DNA from: Fimicolochytrium jonesii
Lineage: Eukaryota
Assembly (NCBI RefSeq): GCF_025526975.1
Contig: NW_026515679.1
Coordinates: 1-64,000, forward strand
Direction of reading: 5' to 3'
DNA: 64,000 bases
The position numbers were made by a program, and so were the translations under genes. Below are positions 46,770-61,255 of this stretch, one piece after another (positions within the stretch are counted from its first letter, which is position 1; every line of letters starts with the position of its first letter). Below the pieces are notes generated by a model that made no database searches, was not told the DNA's origin, and saw only the letters and a list, made by a program, of their open reading frames with translations.

Positions 46770-49201
46770 ATGGCTGACCACTCGACGCAAGGAACGCTGC
46801 GGACGGTCGCGAACGCTGCAGCCCAGGCGGCCCATTCTGTCACCAGCACTCTCGGGCTTGGATCGACTCCAAAGATCCAAGTAAGCAATCTGTCTGCATT
46901 AGTGCTACGGCGAGGAATTGCATCTGACGTCGTCCATCTCTCTCCGTTCAGCAATTGGAAAAGGAAGCGATTGTAGCAAACGACAACACATCATTTACCA
47001 CAGCCTTCGGCGTGCCGGTTGCCACGGTCGATGACTCTCTGAAAGCCGGAGAGCGCGGTCCTACTCTCCTCGATGACTTTGTGTTCCGGGACCGCATGGC
47101 CCATTTTGATCGCGAACGCATCCCCGAGCGAGTGGTGCACGCCAGAGGAATCGGCGCTCACGGTTACTTTGAGGCTTACGAAGATCTGTCGGACATCACC
47201 ATGGCGGCGCCTTTCCAGAAGAAGGGCAAGACGACCCCAGTGTTTATGCGTATCTCAACCGTTCAGGGATCCAAAGGCTCTGCCGATACCGTCCGCGATG
47301 TCAGAGGATTCTCCGTAAAGTTCTACACCGAAGAAGGCAACTGGTACATTGCGAGACTAGCTTCCGAGCTGATTTACTGATGAAAGGACCTTGGCTAACC
47401 GAACAATATTGACATTAGGGACTTTGTCGGAAACAACATTCCGGTCTTTTTCATTCAAGACGCGATCAAGTTCCCCGACTTGGTGCACGCTCTCAAGCCT
47501 GAGCCACACACCGAGATCCCCTCAGGTCAGACTGCCCACGACAATTTCTGGGACTTTGTCTCCCTCACCCCAGAATCCACACACATGTTGACCTGGATTA
47601 TGAGCGACCGGACCATCCCACGCTCGTTGCGCATGATTCAGGGGTTCGGAGTTCACACCTTCCGTCTCATCAACAAGGCAGGCGTTAGCCGATTCGTCAA
47701 GTTCCACTGGCGACCAAAGCCCGGAGTTCATTCCTTGGTGTGGGACGAAGCTCTGAAGACCAACGGTCGCGACCCCGACTTCCACCGCCGCGACCTCTAC
47801 GAAGCCATTCAGTTTGGCGACTACCCCGAATGGGAACTGGGTTTCCAGATCCTTACGGAGGAGGAGGCAGATAAGCTGCCCTTCGACATCTTGGATGCCA
47901 CCAAGATCATCCCTGAGGAACTTTTCCCGGTCCGTTACGTTGGCAAGATGGTACTCAACCGAAACGTCGACGAGTTCTTCGCCGAGACTGAGCAAGCGGC
48001 TTTCCACCCCGGTGTCGTGATTCCCGGTATCGGATTCTCCGACGACCCTCTTCTGCAAGGCCGCCTGTTTTCCTACAGCGACACACAGTTCTATCGTGTT
48101 GGTACCAACTACCAGCAGTTGCCCATCAACAGGCCTGTGTGTCCTGCACGCAACCACCAGCGTGATGGCGCTATGCGCTTGAACATTACCAAGGGCCAGG
48201 CCAATTACCACCCCAACTCATTGGGCGGTGGATGCCCCGTGATGAACCCCAACGGATATGTACACCACCCGGCCAAGGTTTCTGGAGTCAAGGTCGCCAG
48301 GCGATCAGGCAGCTTCTCCGACCACTTCAGTCAGGCTCGCATGTTCTATAACTCGATGACCGAGACCGAGAAGGGCCATATGCAGGATGCCTTCACCTTC
48401 GAACTGAGCAAAGTGACCACTCAAGGTGTGCAGCAGCGTGTCGTGGACCTGCTCAACAACGTCGACAACAAGCTCGCCACCTCTATCGCGTACAGGATTG
48501 GCGCGAAGGAACCTGCAGCTGCTCCTGCCCCTGCCGGCGCCGCCGCCCCCATCCCATCCTCCAAATTCCTGTCGATCATCAACAACAACGCATACGACAC
48601 CATCAAGGGACGGAGGGTCGCCATCTTCCTCATGCCCGGCTATGATTCGTCAGCGGCGGAGTTGATCGGCGCATTGACAGGTGCTGGCGCCTTACCCCAG
48701 ATCGTCTCGGAGACCCCGGCTCCCGTTCCTGACGCATCCGGAAATGCCACCACCACGCCACTTTTCACATTCTTCGCGTCGTCTTCCACACAGTTCGATG
48801 CCTTCTTCATCCCTGGTGGCCGCAAGGCTGTGGATGCATTGCTCCAGAATGCCACCGCCCTCGCGCAAATCGGTGAAGGTTACAAGCATCTCAAAGCCAT
48901 CTTGGCAGTCAACGAAGGTATTGAAGTATTGCGCAAGCTCGGCATTCAAGCACCGCTGGCAGTAAACGAGAAAGATGTCGTCTCTGAATACGGCGTCACG
49001 ACCGCACTTGGCGTTGGCTCTGGCGTTTCTGGGAAAGTAGGAAAGGCCATCGGTTCCGCCGTCGGTGCCGCTGGAGGTGCTGCAGCAAAATTGGCTGATG
49101 TGACTGCTGGATTGCCCGACTGGATCGTCAAGTTCACCACGGGTATCGCACACCACAAAGCTTGGGATCGGGAGCCCCTCGCCAACAAGATGGTCGTCTA
49201 G
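46770..49201 (+). CDS. Large-subunit monofunctional catalase
   Basis: [54 protein letters not shown] and a C-terminal DJ-1-like domain; two introns. Confidence 0.97.
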
Positions 49202-49313
49202 ATCTATTCGAAAATCGTTTCTCTCACAATGAGGTACACCTTTCTACAGTATCTGTCGCACTGCATTTTTTGCAATTTTGTATCTGTCATATAAAACCTG
49301 TGAAATATATCGT

Positions 49314-51340
49314 TCATCGCCGCGATTTTTCTACTTCGATCCTCATCGCTGCAAGCTGCTGGGCGAAGTTCCTCGCGTTTCGTATTAGCTGTAAATCAAA
49401 ACTTGGGCCGTAAATTATATGTTAGAGTGCCAATGCTCCACTTGTGCGTGTGTCGCTTACTTCCTGCTCCAAAGCCGTGGCACGTTGTTCTGCCCTATCG
49501 GCTCGAAGTAAGGCCGCCGCATGCTCGGCAGCGTCCGGTAATGGTGGCCCCTGCACCTCTCCGTGAGTGAAAGCCTAAATATGCTCAGATTGCCGCCATT
49601 ATGCACATGAACGCACCTTAGGGGTTTCATCTATGCGCTCTTCCGTCTGCGTCGACGCGAATGCCTTTGGTATCAGTTCTGGCATCGTCCGCTCTTTGCT
49701 GACCCTCGGTGGCGTCGCTCGTCTTCCTTCTCCCTCTGCTCAATTCCTCTGGTTTAACGGCAGTCACACAGCCGTGAACATGAAGATCTATCCAACCTGG
49801 CACTTTGACGCTCTCCACCACGGCCGGCTCCTTCGACTTGGCCAGCAAGTCCTCCAATCGGGCAATGACCGCCTCCTGTTTCTTGACGATAGATGGGTAC
49901 TTCACATTCCTTTGCAGTTTCTCCTAAAAGGGGGAAGCATATCAGCGCTGACGCCCGTCGCGACACATTATTCGGAGGAGTTTGGTCGAACCTGCAACCG
50001 CTGCAAATACATCTGCTGCGCCGTATGCGCAGTCCTCAGCTCCAAAACCTGTCGCTCAAAGTCATTCCTCTCAATGCCCACATGCTGTGAAGCCGCCAAC
50101 TCTTCCTGCAGTCTCTTATTCCGCCCCGTCTCGTTTTCCAGCTTCTGCACCATGACGGCGTACCGGCGCCGGAGTTCGTGTTCGGAGAGGACGTCGAGGT
50201 CGACGGCTTTGATGTAGGTGTTGGTGCGGATGTCGGATTCGGCTAGACGGCTTTGGAGTTGTTTTGTTTGGTCCTACTGTCCACCACTTCATGTCAGTTT
50301 CCGGTAGCTATTTGCGAGCAGGGAGGGAACAGTTGAAACGGCTCGTACAACCTCCAGTACTGCATTCACATCCCGTAGTCGAACAAGCTCGCGTCCCAGC
50401 TTTTGTATAGCTATCATTCGATCGTCAAGCTCTTTGATCAGCCGCAACGTCAACTGCTGGTGCTGCTGATCGCCGAGATGTTGCATTGGCATTGCCTCAG
50501 AGACCGGCTTGTTGCGTGCTGTCGGTGTCGGTATCCTGAATGGTTCGTTCCGGTGAATCCCGGTACCATCTAGTTGTTCCCTTCGATTCCTGGCCGTTTC
50601 CACAATGTCATCTAGATTCTGTGCTTTCCGTATCGGTACCCTAAACGGTTCGTTCCGGTGAATACCGGCAGGATCTTGTTCTCTCAGATTTCTGGCAGTT
50701 TCGACGTCTAGATTCTGAGTCTTCAGCGGGGGTGGATCGTTTTTGGCAGGCGGTAATGGGTCTGGACGCGGTTTGAAACGCTCCTCTTTCACAAGATGCT
50801 CGTCCGACCCTACAGAGAGCTCCAGGTCAACATTACCAACGATCTTCGTATCATGTGCGTGTGCTGTTTTGGGATAGGTGTCCGCTCGTCGGGAGATAAA
50901 TCCCACGGTGGTCACCAGGGTTTTCCCAGGGACCAGTTTATCTAGGATAGAGTGAAGCGGATATACTGATTCTCCCACAACCGTCTACATAAACCAAAAA
51001 ATAACATCGGTGATGAGTGTTTCATTCGCGTCAGAAGGACAAACGATCTTCTTTACGAGCGTACCACAGCAGAATCACTGCCAACCGAATGTGCCAGACA
51101 AACCAACTCCAACAGATCATGCGCCCCCTTCCTCCACTTAAACCCACCCCGCTTCCTATGCCCATCAGGTAAATGGAACACAAAAGTGTCATGCTCAAAC
51201 ACCGGGTTCTGCGATGGCCGGCTGAGGTCCGTCTCATGATGCAGTTCGCCTTCCGTAGGTGGTGGATCGAGCCATAGTTTGATGAAATATGCGCCTGGTT
51301 GTTCGAAGGTTGCGTTGGTGAGCCGGATGTGGAGCTCCAT
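49314..51340 (-). CDS. C2-domain plus coiled-coil protein, CCDC33-like
   Basis: N-terminal C2-like strand pattern (..SQNPVFEHDTFVF); coiled coils KKQEAVIARLEDLL and NARNFAQQLA; internal ~40-aa duplication. Confidence 0.6.
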
Positions 51341-51614
51341 TGGCGGATCTCTTTCCTTCTCTTTTTGGGCAATGGGTCGGGCGGATGTGGTGGGCACGGC
51401 TAGCGGATTTGTTTGACTAGAGCGGAGTCGTCCGTCAAATTGAAATCGACAGCGCGTCCGAAGCCATAACCGACATCGGCCACGTCCTGGCCACGTCGCC
51501 TTCTTTTCGCCTCTCTCGTTGTTTCCCGCATGCATCGTTGTCCGGACGCATACATATACATATTGTTTGCACCTGACACTTACGCAGAACCCGAAGACTC
51601 AACACAGCCTTAAC

Positions 51615-52247
51615 ATGGACCTCCAAACAACCCTTCGAGAGCTAGCCAAAGAGCGGCAGCAGCTCATGAGCGAAGGCAAGCCGTCACCCACTGCGTCTTC
51701 CACCGTCACTGAAGTACAGCCTTCTGGGGTAGACGGGGGAGCTGCTAAGACGGGTGCTCCTACTGAACAAACGGCGACGGAACCCGTAGACTCAACAAAC
51801 GGCCAGACCCAGCCTCGTGGTACGAACGCGCCCAATCGCCGGGCCCCGCTGATAAACCTGCTGCCGCACTGGGTGGAGGCTCGAGACGTCGCTCTTATCG
51901 GAACAGTTGGCTCGCTGTACGCATTTGGGGTTGTGGGAGAAGATCTGATGCGATTGCTAGCAATCCTTCTTGCATCATTGATGTTTTATCGGTATCAGCA
52001 AAAGGATAATACAAAAATCCTATCTGATGGTACGTGGCTTTTTTTTGCGCCATCTTACACATACGCCTGAGGTCTGTTTCTAAATTATTTTGCCGCTCTG
52101 CGTAAAGGTACAATTCGCCGGCCACCACCGGGTCGCTCTGGATCCTCCCGACCGCCATCATCAGGATCGTCTCCGAGAGGGCGTCCAATGGGCACTATGA
52201 GCGACGTACGGTCAAGTGGAGGTGGATCGTGTTGCGGGTGTTCTTGA
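51615..52247 (+). CDS. Small membrane protein with G/P/R-rich, Cys-ending tail
   Basis: ATG 51615, hydrophobic segment, intron ~52030-52108, C-terminus ..GRPMGTMSDVRSSGGGSCCGCS*. Confidence 0.55.
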
Positions 52248-52324
52248 AACCCTTGTCGACGATGGGAAGTCCGTTTTGTCCCCCGAATATGTTGACCACC
52301 ACGAGTAGACCACAAACGAGATAC

Positions 52325-54004
52325 TCAAACGATGTCGAGGGTGACCAACTCCGCCAAGATGCCTTCGACTTCGCGCAGGAACCACCCAGCGGGGAACGCG
52401 GGATCTGAAGGTTTCCGAACAGCCCAGACTGGAGAGTCTCGCTCGAATTTATTCTCCGTTTCGGGAGGGGGTGTGGTAGATGGCAGACTTCGTAGCAGAT
52501 CGACTTCGGCGCGTAAAGCGTCGATCCAAGCTTTACGTAGACTGTCGGATGACGGGTCCTCTGACATTGAATTCTCATCAACTTGCTTGCAGTCGGTAAT
52601 ATCATCAAACATATGTGATCGCAACCGTTGCAGAAGATCGTGAGCAGCCAACTTGGCGAAACCGCTGGATACGGCAGCGATGGCTGACAGATACCGAGCG
52701 TGATATGGCCGGAAACGAACGCCGGCGGCCAGGAACTCATATGCAGGTGGTGGTCCGCCATCACTATGTGTCATGCGCAGCAATGCGTCGCTGAAGCAGA
52801 ATTCACAAAATCGGTGCGATGGTCCGTATGTGCGCAGAACCCAACGCCAGGCGATGGCAGGTTTCTGCTGTCGGTAGCATCGCGTCATTCGCAGAGGTGC
52901 AATGAGTGGGGTGGGGAAGAGGGACGTAGTACGCGTCGTGGAGTATGCAACGCTGTCTCCATTTGGTTGCGGGCCATCGAGTCGTTTGACAGCTTGTCGG
53001 GACTGCCGCGCATAGGGTTCCAGGATCGCGCATTCAGCGACGGCCTCTGAGATCTTAAAGTGTTCTTGAAGGAACGTGACGAGGGTGATGGAGAAGTTGA
53101 AATCGGGGGCCAAATTGTCGATGAAGATCTTGCTCACAATGTCCATTAATTTGGTGGCTGGGATATGTTGTCGTAAGGCGTCCAGAGTCTTCCGATCACA
53201 TTTGCGGATCGCGGCGTTTATCAGGCTATCCGTGAGGAAGAACCCGCGATCCAGGTACGCCTTCAGGCTACCAGCTGACACCTCCGGTTCTGATATCGCC
53301 CGTCGTAAGACTCCATCATTCACATCGGCTGGATCCAGGCCGTTTGCCAGCATGTGGTCCAGAAGCGTGACGTCCAGCCGGGATGTGCGATATACGATTT
53401 CCTCGCATTGAGAGGTGAAAGCCCGCAGTGGCACAAAGCAGTAATCGACGACCAATTTTTGCGCTTCAACGGTGTCATTCTTCTCGAAAAGTGCAGATAC
53501 CATGATCCTCGCGTCGTCCTCTCCAAAGGCGGCCTAAGCAAGATGGGATTAGCTAGTGGGTTCTTGGCAGCGCAAGTGTGAAAGCAAGCGACACCATACC
53601 TCCTCGCCATATTGTCGATATGCCTCCGCGACAAAAAACGCATATGCTCCAACGCTGAGGTCGTTTCGACGTGTCCCCTTTTCAGCGTCATCGGCAAGGA
53701 CAAGCTTGCCGTGGTGCCGCACAATGTATTGCAGCAGAAAGCGTTGCAACTTTGCACCGAGATGACGTAGCTGTACCGCAACTTTCCGGCTTAGAAGTTG
53801 TCGGTGGAATTGGAATGCTTTGTAAAAGACCAATGGTCGACCGTAAGTATGGATGAGCCACATGGCCATGGACATTGGGTCTTCAGCAATGCGATAGAAT
53901 CGTCGGCAGGTGAGGCTGAAGTTCAGAGGATCTTCGAGAGTACAGAAGATGCGACTCCATATTTCGAAGGGCAGGGTATCCCACGGACACAGTTGGGAGG
54001 CCAT
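52325..54004 (-). CDS. F-box domain protein
   Basis: WDTLPFEIWSRIFCTL..FSLTCRRFYRIA at the N-terminus; joins ORF 52325..53503 across one intron. Confidence 0.8.
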
Positions 54005-54376
54005 TCTTGCACAGCGGTCCGTGAGCGGTGAACTACAGCCAAACTAGTATATAGTATAGATATATATGTACAGTACACGGGACTGACGACTATCCGACAA
54101 GAGAGAGAAACAGGTGCGAGGAAGGCCAGAAGCAGGTCCAGAAGCCCATATTATGCCTCATGCGCGTCTGCCGCGTCCCGATTTTCGAGTGCGTGGGAAA
54201 GTGCACTACTGCTCAGTACTGTACAGTACATAGGACCTATGGGCATCAGCTAGAACCATCCCGCAAACACATACAAAGCAGCAAACAGCAACCCGAGTCC
54301 TAACTCGTATCAGGAGGTTTTACGCGTGCTCTCTCTCCGCTTGTTTCCCATCCTCCAGCGCTGCTCGTCCGCAAAA

Positions 54377-57300
54377 ATGGCCAGCGATAATGTGAAGTCG
54401 TCCGACCAAGATCCAGTGGATTGGGAGGTGCGTGGAGTATAAAAGGGACTTGATGTATTCTGGTGGTGCTTCTGGTGAGGTGGAGGCGTAAGGACGCTCG
54501 ACGCTCATAAAGTCTCCATTGTAGTCCTTGCAATTGAAGCCACTGCAAGTAGAAGCGAAGCTTTCCGTGTCTGACAAGCTCAAAGTCCTGTCCGAAGTCT
54601 CCTTACTTGCAGTTTCCACGCAATACGGGTTCGCAATACTCGGGACTACCAAAGGTTGGAGTTGTTTTGCCCTCGGAGGAAGATGATCAGCCACTCATAA
54701 ATGCCTTTCCTAGGTTTCGCATATACCACACTGAGCGGTGTGCGACAGACGCTGACGAGCTCAAAGAAGGGCACAGTCGTCCCGCTAGCAAATGTGGTGC
54801 ACGTGCCGCTTGACGAAGTTGTTGTCAACGTTAAGCTTTCTGCGGACGAGCTATCTATCCTGATCTGCACTGCAAGTGGGAAGCTTCACGTCTATGATCC
54901 TCGTCACGTAGCTCAGGTGCGTCAGTGTGATGCGCACGCGGGAAAGTGGGCGCGTTCGCCAATTGACCATTCCCACATGCAGAACAAAACCCAAAGCTCG
55001 AAAACCATCTCTCTGCGCAATGTGCTCAATATCCTGCCGAACCCAAGAGAGCTACCACACCTCGTGGCTGTATTGTGTTCTGACGGCCAGGGGCAGATTG
55101 TCGATATCAAAGGGTCGGCAAAGCCCGGGGAACTTTCCGCCTATCGCATCACAAGCAGTACGTCCGATCCTTCGCCCGCTGTGAAAGGCTGTTCCAAGCC
55201 AATTTCCTGATCGCTGATCTGATCTAGTGTGCTGGAGCAAGAAGGGAAAGCAGCTTGCATGCGGACTGCAGGATGGCACAATCGTCCAAGTCACGCCGGA
55301 AGGATCGGAGAAGAAGCGTATTGGTGTCCCGCCGAACCTAGACTTTAGCGCCTCAGGTACGTTTGGGCTGGCCCAGTGAGCAAGTTCAAAAGTCTCTGTA
55401 TTGATCATTACCTGACCTTGCAATGCAGTCTCTTCCATTCTATGGATCGACACCACAACGTTCGTGCTTGCCTATTCACCGAGCAATCCGGACGACTCCT
55501 CAATATCACCGCTGTACACAATCACACATGAAGGACCTTCGGTAAGCATTGCTGTTGTTTCATCGCGAAGCAAACATAAACTAAAGCCCCACTGTAGAAA
55601 AACCTCACGTACACTCAATTAGGCGATCCATTTTTCCCCGAACCCGATCGCAAAAGCTTCTATTACAATGAGTGTATCAGCCCCTTGTAGGTACTTCTTG
55701 AGGCTTTCATGTGGTGCATTTCTTACTCAACTGTCGGCTTCACAGGTCTGAACAGATCCGCCACCTAATAATATGCGGAAACGCTCACACTACGGATCTC
55801 GCTTTCCTTGGTTGCGACGACACGGGGAAATGGGCGAACTGGATGTTGGAAGACGGGATGGGAGTCTCGATGCCTTTGGATGAAAATGAACAGAATACAT
55901 TTGTCGTCGGCATGGCGATCGATTTCACGAGCCAGGAAAGTTTACTACCGCCTACGCCTGACGAACCGCCGATCAACCCTGTGCCTATTCTGCTCGTTTA
56001 CACAAGCCAGGGGCATCTACTTGCCTATCATTGTGTGGATGCTCAGGCGGTGAAAACCAAATATGTTTGTCCCTTGATGAAGGCAGCACAACCACTTCCA
56101 GGCGGCGCAACTCCTCTCCCAGCACCTCAGTCGATACCGTCAGCGCCTGCCCCCGTGCAGAAAAGTGCCCCTCCAAAGGCAGCTGCTCCCTTTACAGCAC
56201 CCGCAGCATCCTTTGCCGCACCAGTTGCGCCCATTGCGGCACGTCCTGCTCCGTTCGCAGCGTCTACTCCAACTTTTGGAACGTCCACATCTGCAGCGCC
56301 AAAGCCTTCCGTTGCCACGCCACCGCCGCCAAGATCTCTTCCAACCGCTTCAGTATCGCCTGTTCCATCGTTACAAGGGGTCTTGCAAAGCAAACAGCCG
56401 GGGATGTCAGCATTGCCACCGTCAACCGCGACTATAAGCACCGCAGAACCCAGGAACGATGACACCCCGGAGATCATACAAAGCAAATTTGGTGAGCTCT
56501 ATATCTCCTTTTCGGCAGAGATGGACAGGTTCAAGGCCCGGGTTGATGGCAGTGCAGAGGTGGTTGCCAAGGCCAAAACTCGAGAGCGCACCTTCGACGA
56601 GTCGGACCCTGACAGCTGGACTATGGTTGACCTCCCTTCTCTCGTGGAGAAAACGGAACAATTGGCGAACAAAGCGCAGCATTATCAGGCTCAATTAACT
56701 GACCTCAACCACAGAACCCAGGGGTTCTTGGATAGTCTGCCACAAATGGATTCGTTATTGGAGGATTGCAGCCGGCGTATCAGCAAACTGGGAAAGACCG
56801 ACTCGGACGACAGCACCCAGGATGTACCTCTCGGGCCTGAGGATGGAGAAATGAGATTGAGCATTCTCAATCGCGCTCGGGTAGTAGAGATGAGTCTGAA
56901 CTCCATATCTGAACACCTTCGCCGCTTACAGCTCACAGCGGTGGAGACTGAACAGAGGAAGTCACTGAAACAGGCGGATTGGACGAGCATCTGTAGTGTA
57001 GCGAACACCGTCACGCGCGGTACCGAGACCCACCTACGAGTTCTCAGCTCGTTGATGGAGCAGCTTCAACCATTGCAGCCGAAGCCAGTCACGTCATTCC
57101 TTACACCCGGGCAGAGCACTTCTTCGACAACCAGCCGTACGAAGCGATCAGGCTTTGGCTTGGACGACGGAGATGAGGACGATGAGGGCTGCACGGAGCA
57201 GAATTCGGGGCCTTCGAATACATCGGCTTCGTTGTCGAACGTACGACGGTGGCTCAAGTCCGCAGCACTGGCTAGTAAAGGTGATCTGAAGATCAACAAA

Positions 57301-60209
57301 GCTGCACAAGGTCGGGACGACATGCAGTTCAAGGATCCTGAAGCATTCGCTAAAGCTAGGCAGGCCATGATTTTACCTCCTGGGAAACCGGCAACGCCGT
57401 CGAAAAGTAAGTGGGCACCTCCAAGCAGCGCACAGGAGGCCGTTTCTGTTATCAACAAGGAGTTCAATCTCTCTACTGAACCGGCGCCTGTTTCGCCTGC
57501 CGTGCCGAAGTTGGGTGAAAGCCGGGCAACCGATCCTGCGAGTTCCGCAGTCCCTGTTGTAGCTGCGGAACCTCCCAAGCCGAAACCGTTTTCCTTCTCA
57601 AGCCCAGGCTTCGGCGCTGGCCAGTCGATGTTTGGCGCCACGGCGAATCCCGCAGTCCCAGCAGCCAATCGCGCTGGCCCACCGTTCTCGGCGGCACCCT
57701 CTACAGTTGAGGAGAAGCCAAAGCAAGCGAGCTTTGTCATGAGTACGCCATTTTCTGGCTTCGCCGGTTTCACGCCTCCATCGAAGCCTATCGGGGCTAG
57801 TTCCGCCTTTGGAGTCCCAGGGACTGTTGAATCTTCTGCTAAACCTACTGCAAGGAAACTTTCTTTCAGCTCGACGCCTGGAGCTACGACACGTGCGCAA
57901 CGCTCTTCGTCAGTGGCGAGCTCGGAATCTGGATGGGAACATGTAAAGAAGGACGAGGACGATGTGATTGTTGGCAGTGTTGGTTCGGAAAGCCCTGAGC
58001 AGGGGACAGCGCAAAGTACTCAGAACGCGCCGGAGTGCGTCTCGGAGCTGTCGGAAAGCGAAGATGAGACCGATGCCGGCGATGGGTCGTTCATTAAGAC
58101 GGACATTCGGGAAGAAGATACGGGCCGGCCCCAAGGGAGCGATGAAGGATTGAGCGGAAGGGAGTCGGACGGCGAGGAGCGCGAAGAGGGCGAGTTCTCG
58201 CCCGAGCCGGCTGCTCCCTCGTCGCAATTCAATGAGTCCAGGAATGAGGAGATCGAAGAAATCGAATATTCGGCCGAACCAGCGACGTCATTGTCGCAAG
58301 CTGACGAGTCCGGACGGGAACCCGCTCCGCCATACACGCTGGAAGACAACAATGAGGAAAACGGCAGCGAGCCCTCCACACCCGAAGTGCAAGCGGCAAG
58401 TGTTAGCGAGGATCATTCGGAAACCAGCAATGCAAAGGAGGAACCAGTTGAGACCACTGCCTCTGATGGAATAGCGGATCACACCACTGATGAGGCTAGT
58501 GTGCATGGACAACAACCACCTACACCCAGCGATGATGAGAACGCCTTCCCTGGAGCACCTGTCAAGTCGCCTGTTAGTCCTCCTACCCCACCTACGCCCA
58601 CAGAGCCAGCAGTCGCCAATGACCCCGTAGAAAAACCGGTGACTCAAGCACAGGAAGCTGCGAGCGAACAACGCATTGAGGAGCAGGTTGATAGCCGCGA
58701 ATCGAACAGCGTTCCAGCGGAGGGCGTCACAAGCGACGTGCCAAAAGACGGAGCTAATTCGCCACCGACTGAGGGAACTTCGACCGACCAGGGTGGCAAC
58801 GCTGAAGAGGTTCTGAAGTCGGATCAAGAGGACATTGCTCCACCGGAGGAGCAGGCAGACACGATGGATGCCGATACGGGGGATAACACCGGCACAATGG
58901 ATCTTTCCAATACGTTTGGATCCGCGTTTGGATCCTTGGGTGGCCCTGGAGCGAGCGGTATGTATATAGTAATGGCAGGTTATTGCTCGGGTAGGATGCA
59001 AACAGGTGCTCATCTGCTGTCATGACATTCATCCCTCTCAGCTTTCGCGGCGAGTCCGTTCGGCCAGGTTTCTTCGTCCGCATCACCATTCGGTAATCCC
59101 TCAACTCCAACACCCGCACCTGCATCGGCCTTGTCATTTTCGACTCCAGCGGCCCCGCCTTCGTTTGGGACTCCAGTAAGCCGACCATTTACTGGAGCCG
59201 GTGCACCCGCTGGTGCGGGTGGACCAACCCCGGGTTTCGGTCAGTCTCCCTTTGGCGTGGCAGCCCCCGCAACACCATTCGGCAGTCGCGTGTCGTCTAT
59301 GGCTAGCGCTGTGGGTGTTTCGTTCGGGTCCAGTTTGACACCTGGAGGCCCATCGAGCTTTGGAAATTCCGCTTTCGGCTCAGCCGCTGCTTCCGGACCG
59401 ACAGCTATTGCGTTCGGTTCCCCAATCGCTGCGTAAGTGGATTGTTGCGTTGACTGAAACCCCTGCTTGCTGAAATCGCTTTATTGATGCCTTGTAATGA
59501 AACGATCAACAGGATGAGCGCCAATTTGGGCTCGCTCAGCTCAACAGCTGAGAGCATCAAGCAAGCTGGCTCATCTGGGTAATGCCATTTTCCGGTTTCT
59601 ACATGTTTCGATTCGGTATTGACTGATTTCATTTTCATGCAGAGGAGGCTTCGGATCGTATGCATCAAAGTCGACTGGATTTGCTGGCTTTGCAAGCGGT
59701 GGGACACCAACGGGCTTTGGAGGATTTGGCAGCGCCCAACCAGCGCAACCGAGTGGATTTGGGGCCTTCGGTAGCCAGCAAGCACCTCAGCCTGCTGCTC
59801 AAGCATTCGGCGCCCAACCAACGGCATTCGGTAGTTCCGGCTTTGGTCAACCGGCTTCTCAGCAAGCCCCAGCTTTCGGTGGATTCGGAGCTAGTCAGCC
59901 GCAGCAGCCAAGCTCGGGCTTTGGAGGATTCGGAGGAAGCGCTTTCGGCGGAGCTACGCAGCAACCGCAAGCCGGTACTGTGTTTGGAGGCGCACCAGCA
60001 ATGTCGCCATTTGGACAAGTGGCAGCGACAAACCCCCAGAGCTCTATATTTGGACAAGCACCCGCGCCCAACACGGGAGGCATGTTCGGCAGTACGAGGT
60101 ATGCAATATTGTGACTCCCGATATCCGACATTTGCCCAGTCCTTGATTTTAAATACCATCTCGCAGCAGCAAGCCCGATTTCTCAAAGTTCGGTGGACAT
60201 CGCGGATAA
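54377..60209 (+). CDS. FG-repeat nucleoporin Nup159/Nup214 homologue
   Basis: Multi-exon N-terminal beta-propeller-like region ([32 protein letters not shown]), central coiled coil, acidic linker and C-terminal FG repeats. Confidence 0.88.
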
Positions 60210-60544
60210 GCATTCACCCAGCTTCTACGCCGCGTCCTATGGGTCTAGGAAGAATTCGTTCCAATCGTCTATTTCTTGTATATGCGCATAGCCTCCAAAG
60301 TAACATAGTATGTAGCGTGCTGTGACAAGGGCAATCTTACAAATATATAAAGGATCGTGCGAAAATGCCTTCCGAACGCGGGACTGCGATGTCTTTCACG
60401 GACGGAAGCATCCAATGCGTAGCGGAAGTAGACATCTAGTTTACGCTACACAGTGTAAGAGCGTGCAATCCGATCGAACCTCCCAATGGCTGCGTTGCTG
60501 CGTTACGGCCAGCGTCCTTAGAGGTACCTGCCTCTAGATCCCTA

Positions 60545-61255
60545 CTATTGTACCGGTATCAGTGGCTCGTCTGGCTCGTTGACCTCCGTCCACCTCTTCA
60601 CGAGTCCATCACATCTCGCCTTGCACAGGTCGTCCTCTTCCGCACTCGTCCACTCCACAAGCTCGATTCCCCATGTTTGTGCAATCTCCTTCATCTCCGG
60701 GAGAATGCACCTTCGCCGATGGCAAATCCTCTTGATCCCCGCATACACAATCAACATAAAGCAGTCTTTGCAAGGTGGGAAGGTCACATAAATCCACTTC
60801 CCTTGCGTAGACACACCCTGCCGCGCACAACTGACTATTGCATTCGCTTCGGCGTGGATCTCTGCAGATGACTTCATCGTTTTGTTGGTCGATACTGGAA
60901 AGACGGGAACATTGGTGGACAAGTGCAGGATTTCGCCTTGAGGCTGAATGGAATTTGGAGGGGAGAGCAGCACGGCGCCCATGTGGCCCTTCAAGGAGAC
61001 GCTATTCCGAGCCACCAGGCAGGCCAGGTCAATGTAGTTGGCGTCGAAGGCAATGGAAGGGTCATACTTCCAGTCGTAAGGGTTGATTGAGAGATGGCTG
61101 GTGGGTGGAGCCGTGATTCGTGGACGCTTCTTCTTTGGTGGTTTCGCAGGATCGCCAGTACTTGCTGCTTCCGCTGCGGTGTTCGTCTCTGCAGCGGTGT
61201 CAACCTTCTCCAACTCGGGCTCCGGCTCGGCCAGTGTCCTCGTGTCTCCGGCCAT
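60545..61255 (-). CDS. Cytidine/dCMP deaminase family protein
   Basis: HAEANAI..YVTFPPCKDC zinc-binding motifs; likely start MAGDT at 61255. Confidence 0.9.
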   Translation of the reverse strand: MAGDTRTLAEPEPELEKVDTAAETNTAAEAASTGDPAKPPKKKRPRITAPPTSHLSINPYDWKYDPSIAFDANYIDLACLVARNSVSLKGHMGAVLLSPPNSIQPQGEILHLSTNVPVFPVSTNKTMKSSAEIHAEANAIVSCARQGVSTQGKWIYVTFPPCKDCFMLIVYAGIKRICHRRRCILPEMKEIAQTWGIELVEWTSAEEDDLCKARCDGLVKRWTEVNEPDEPLIPVQ

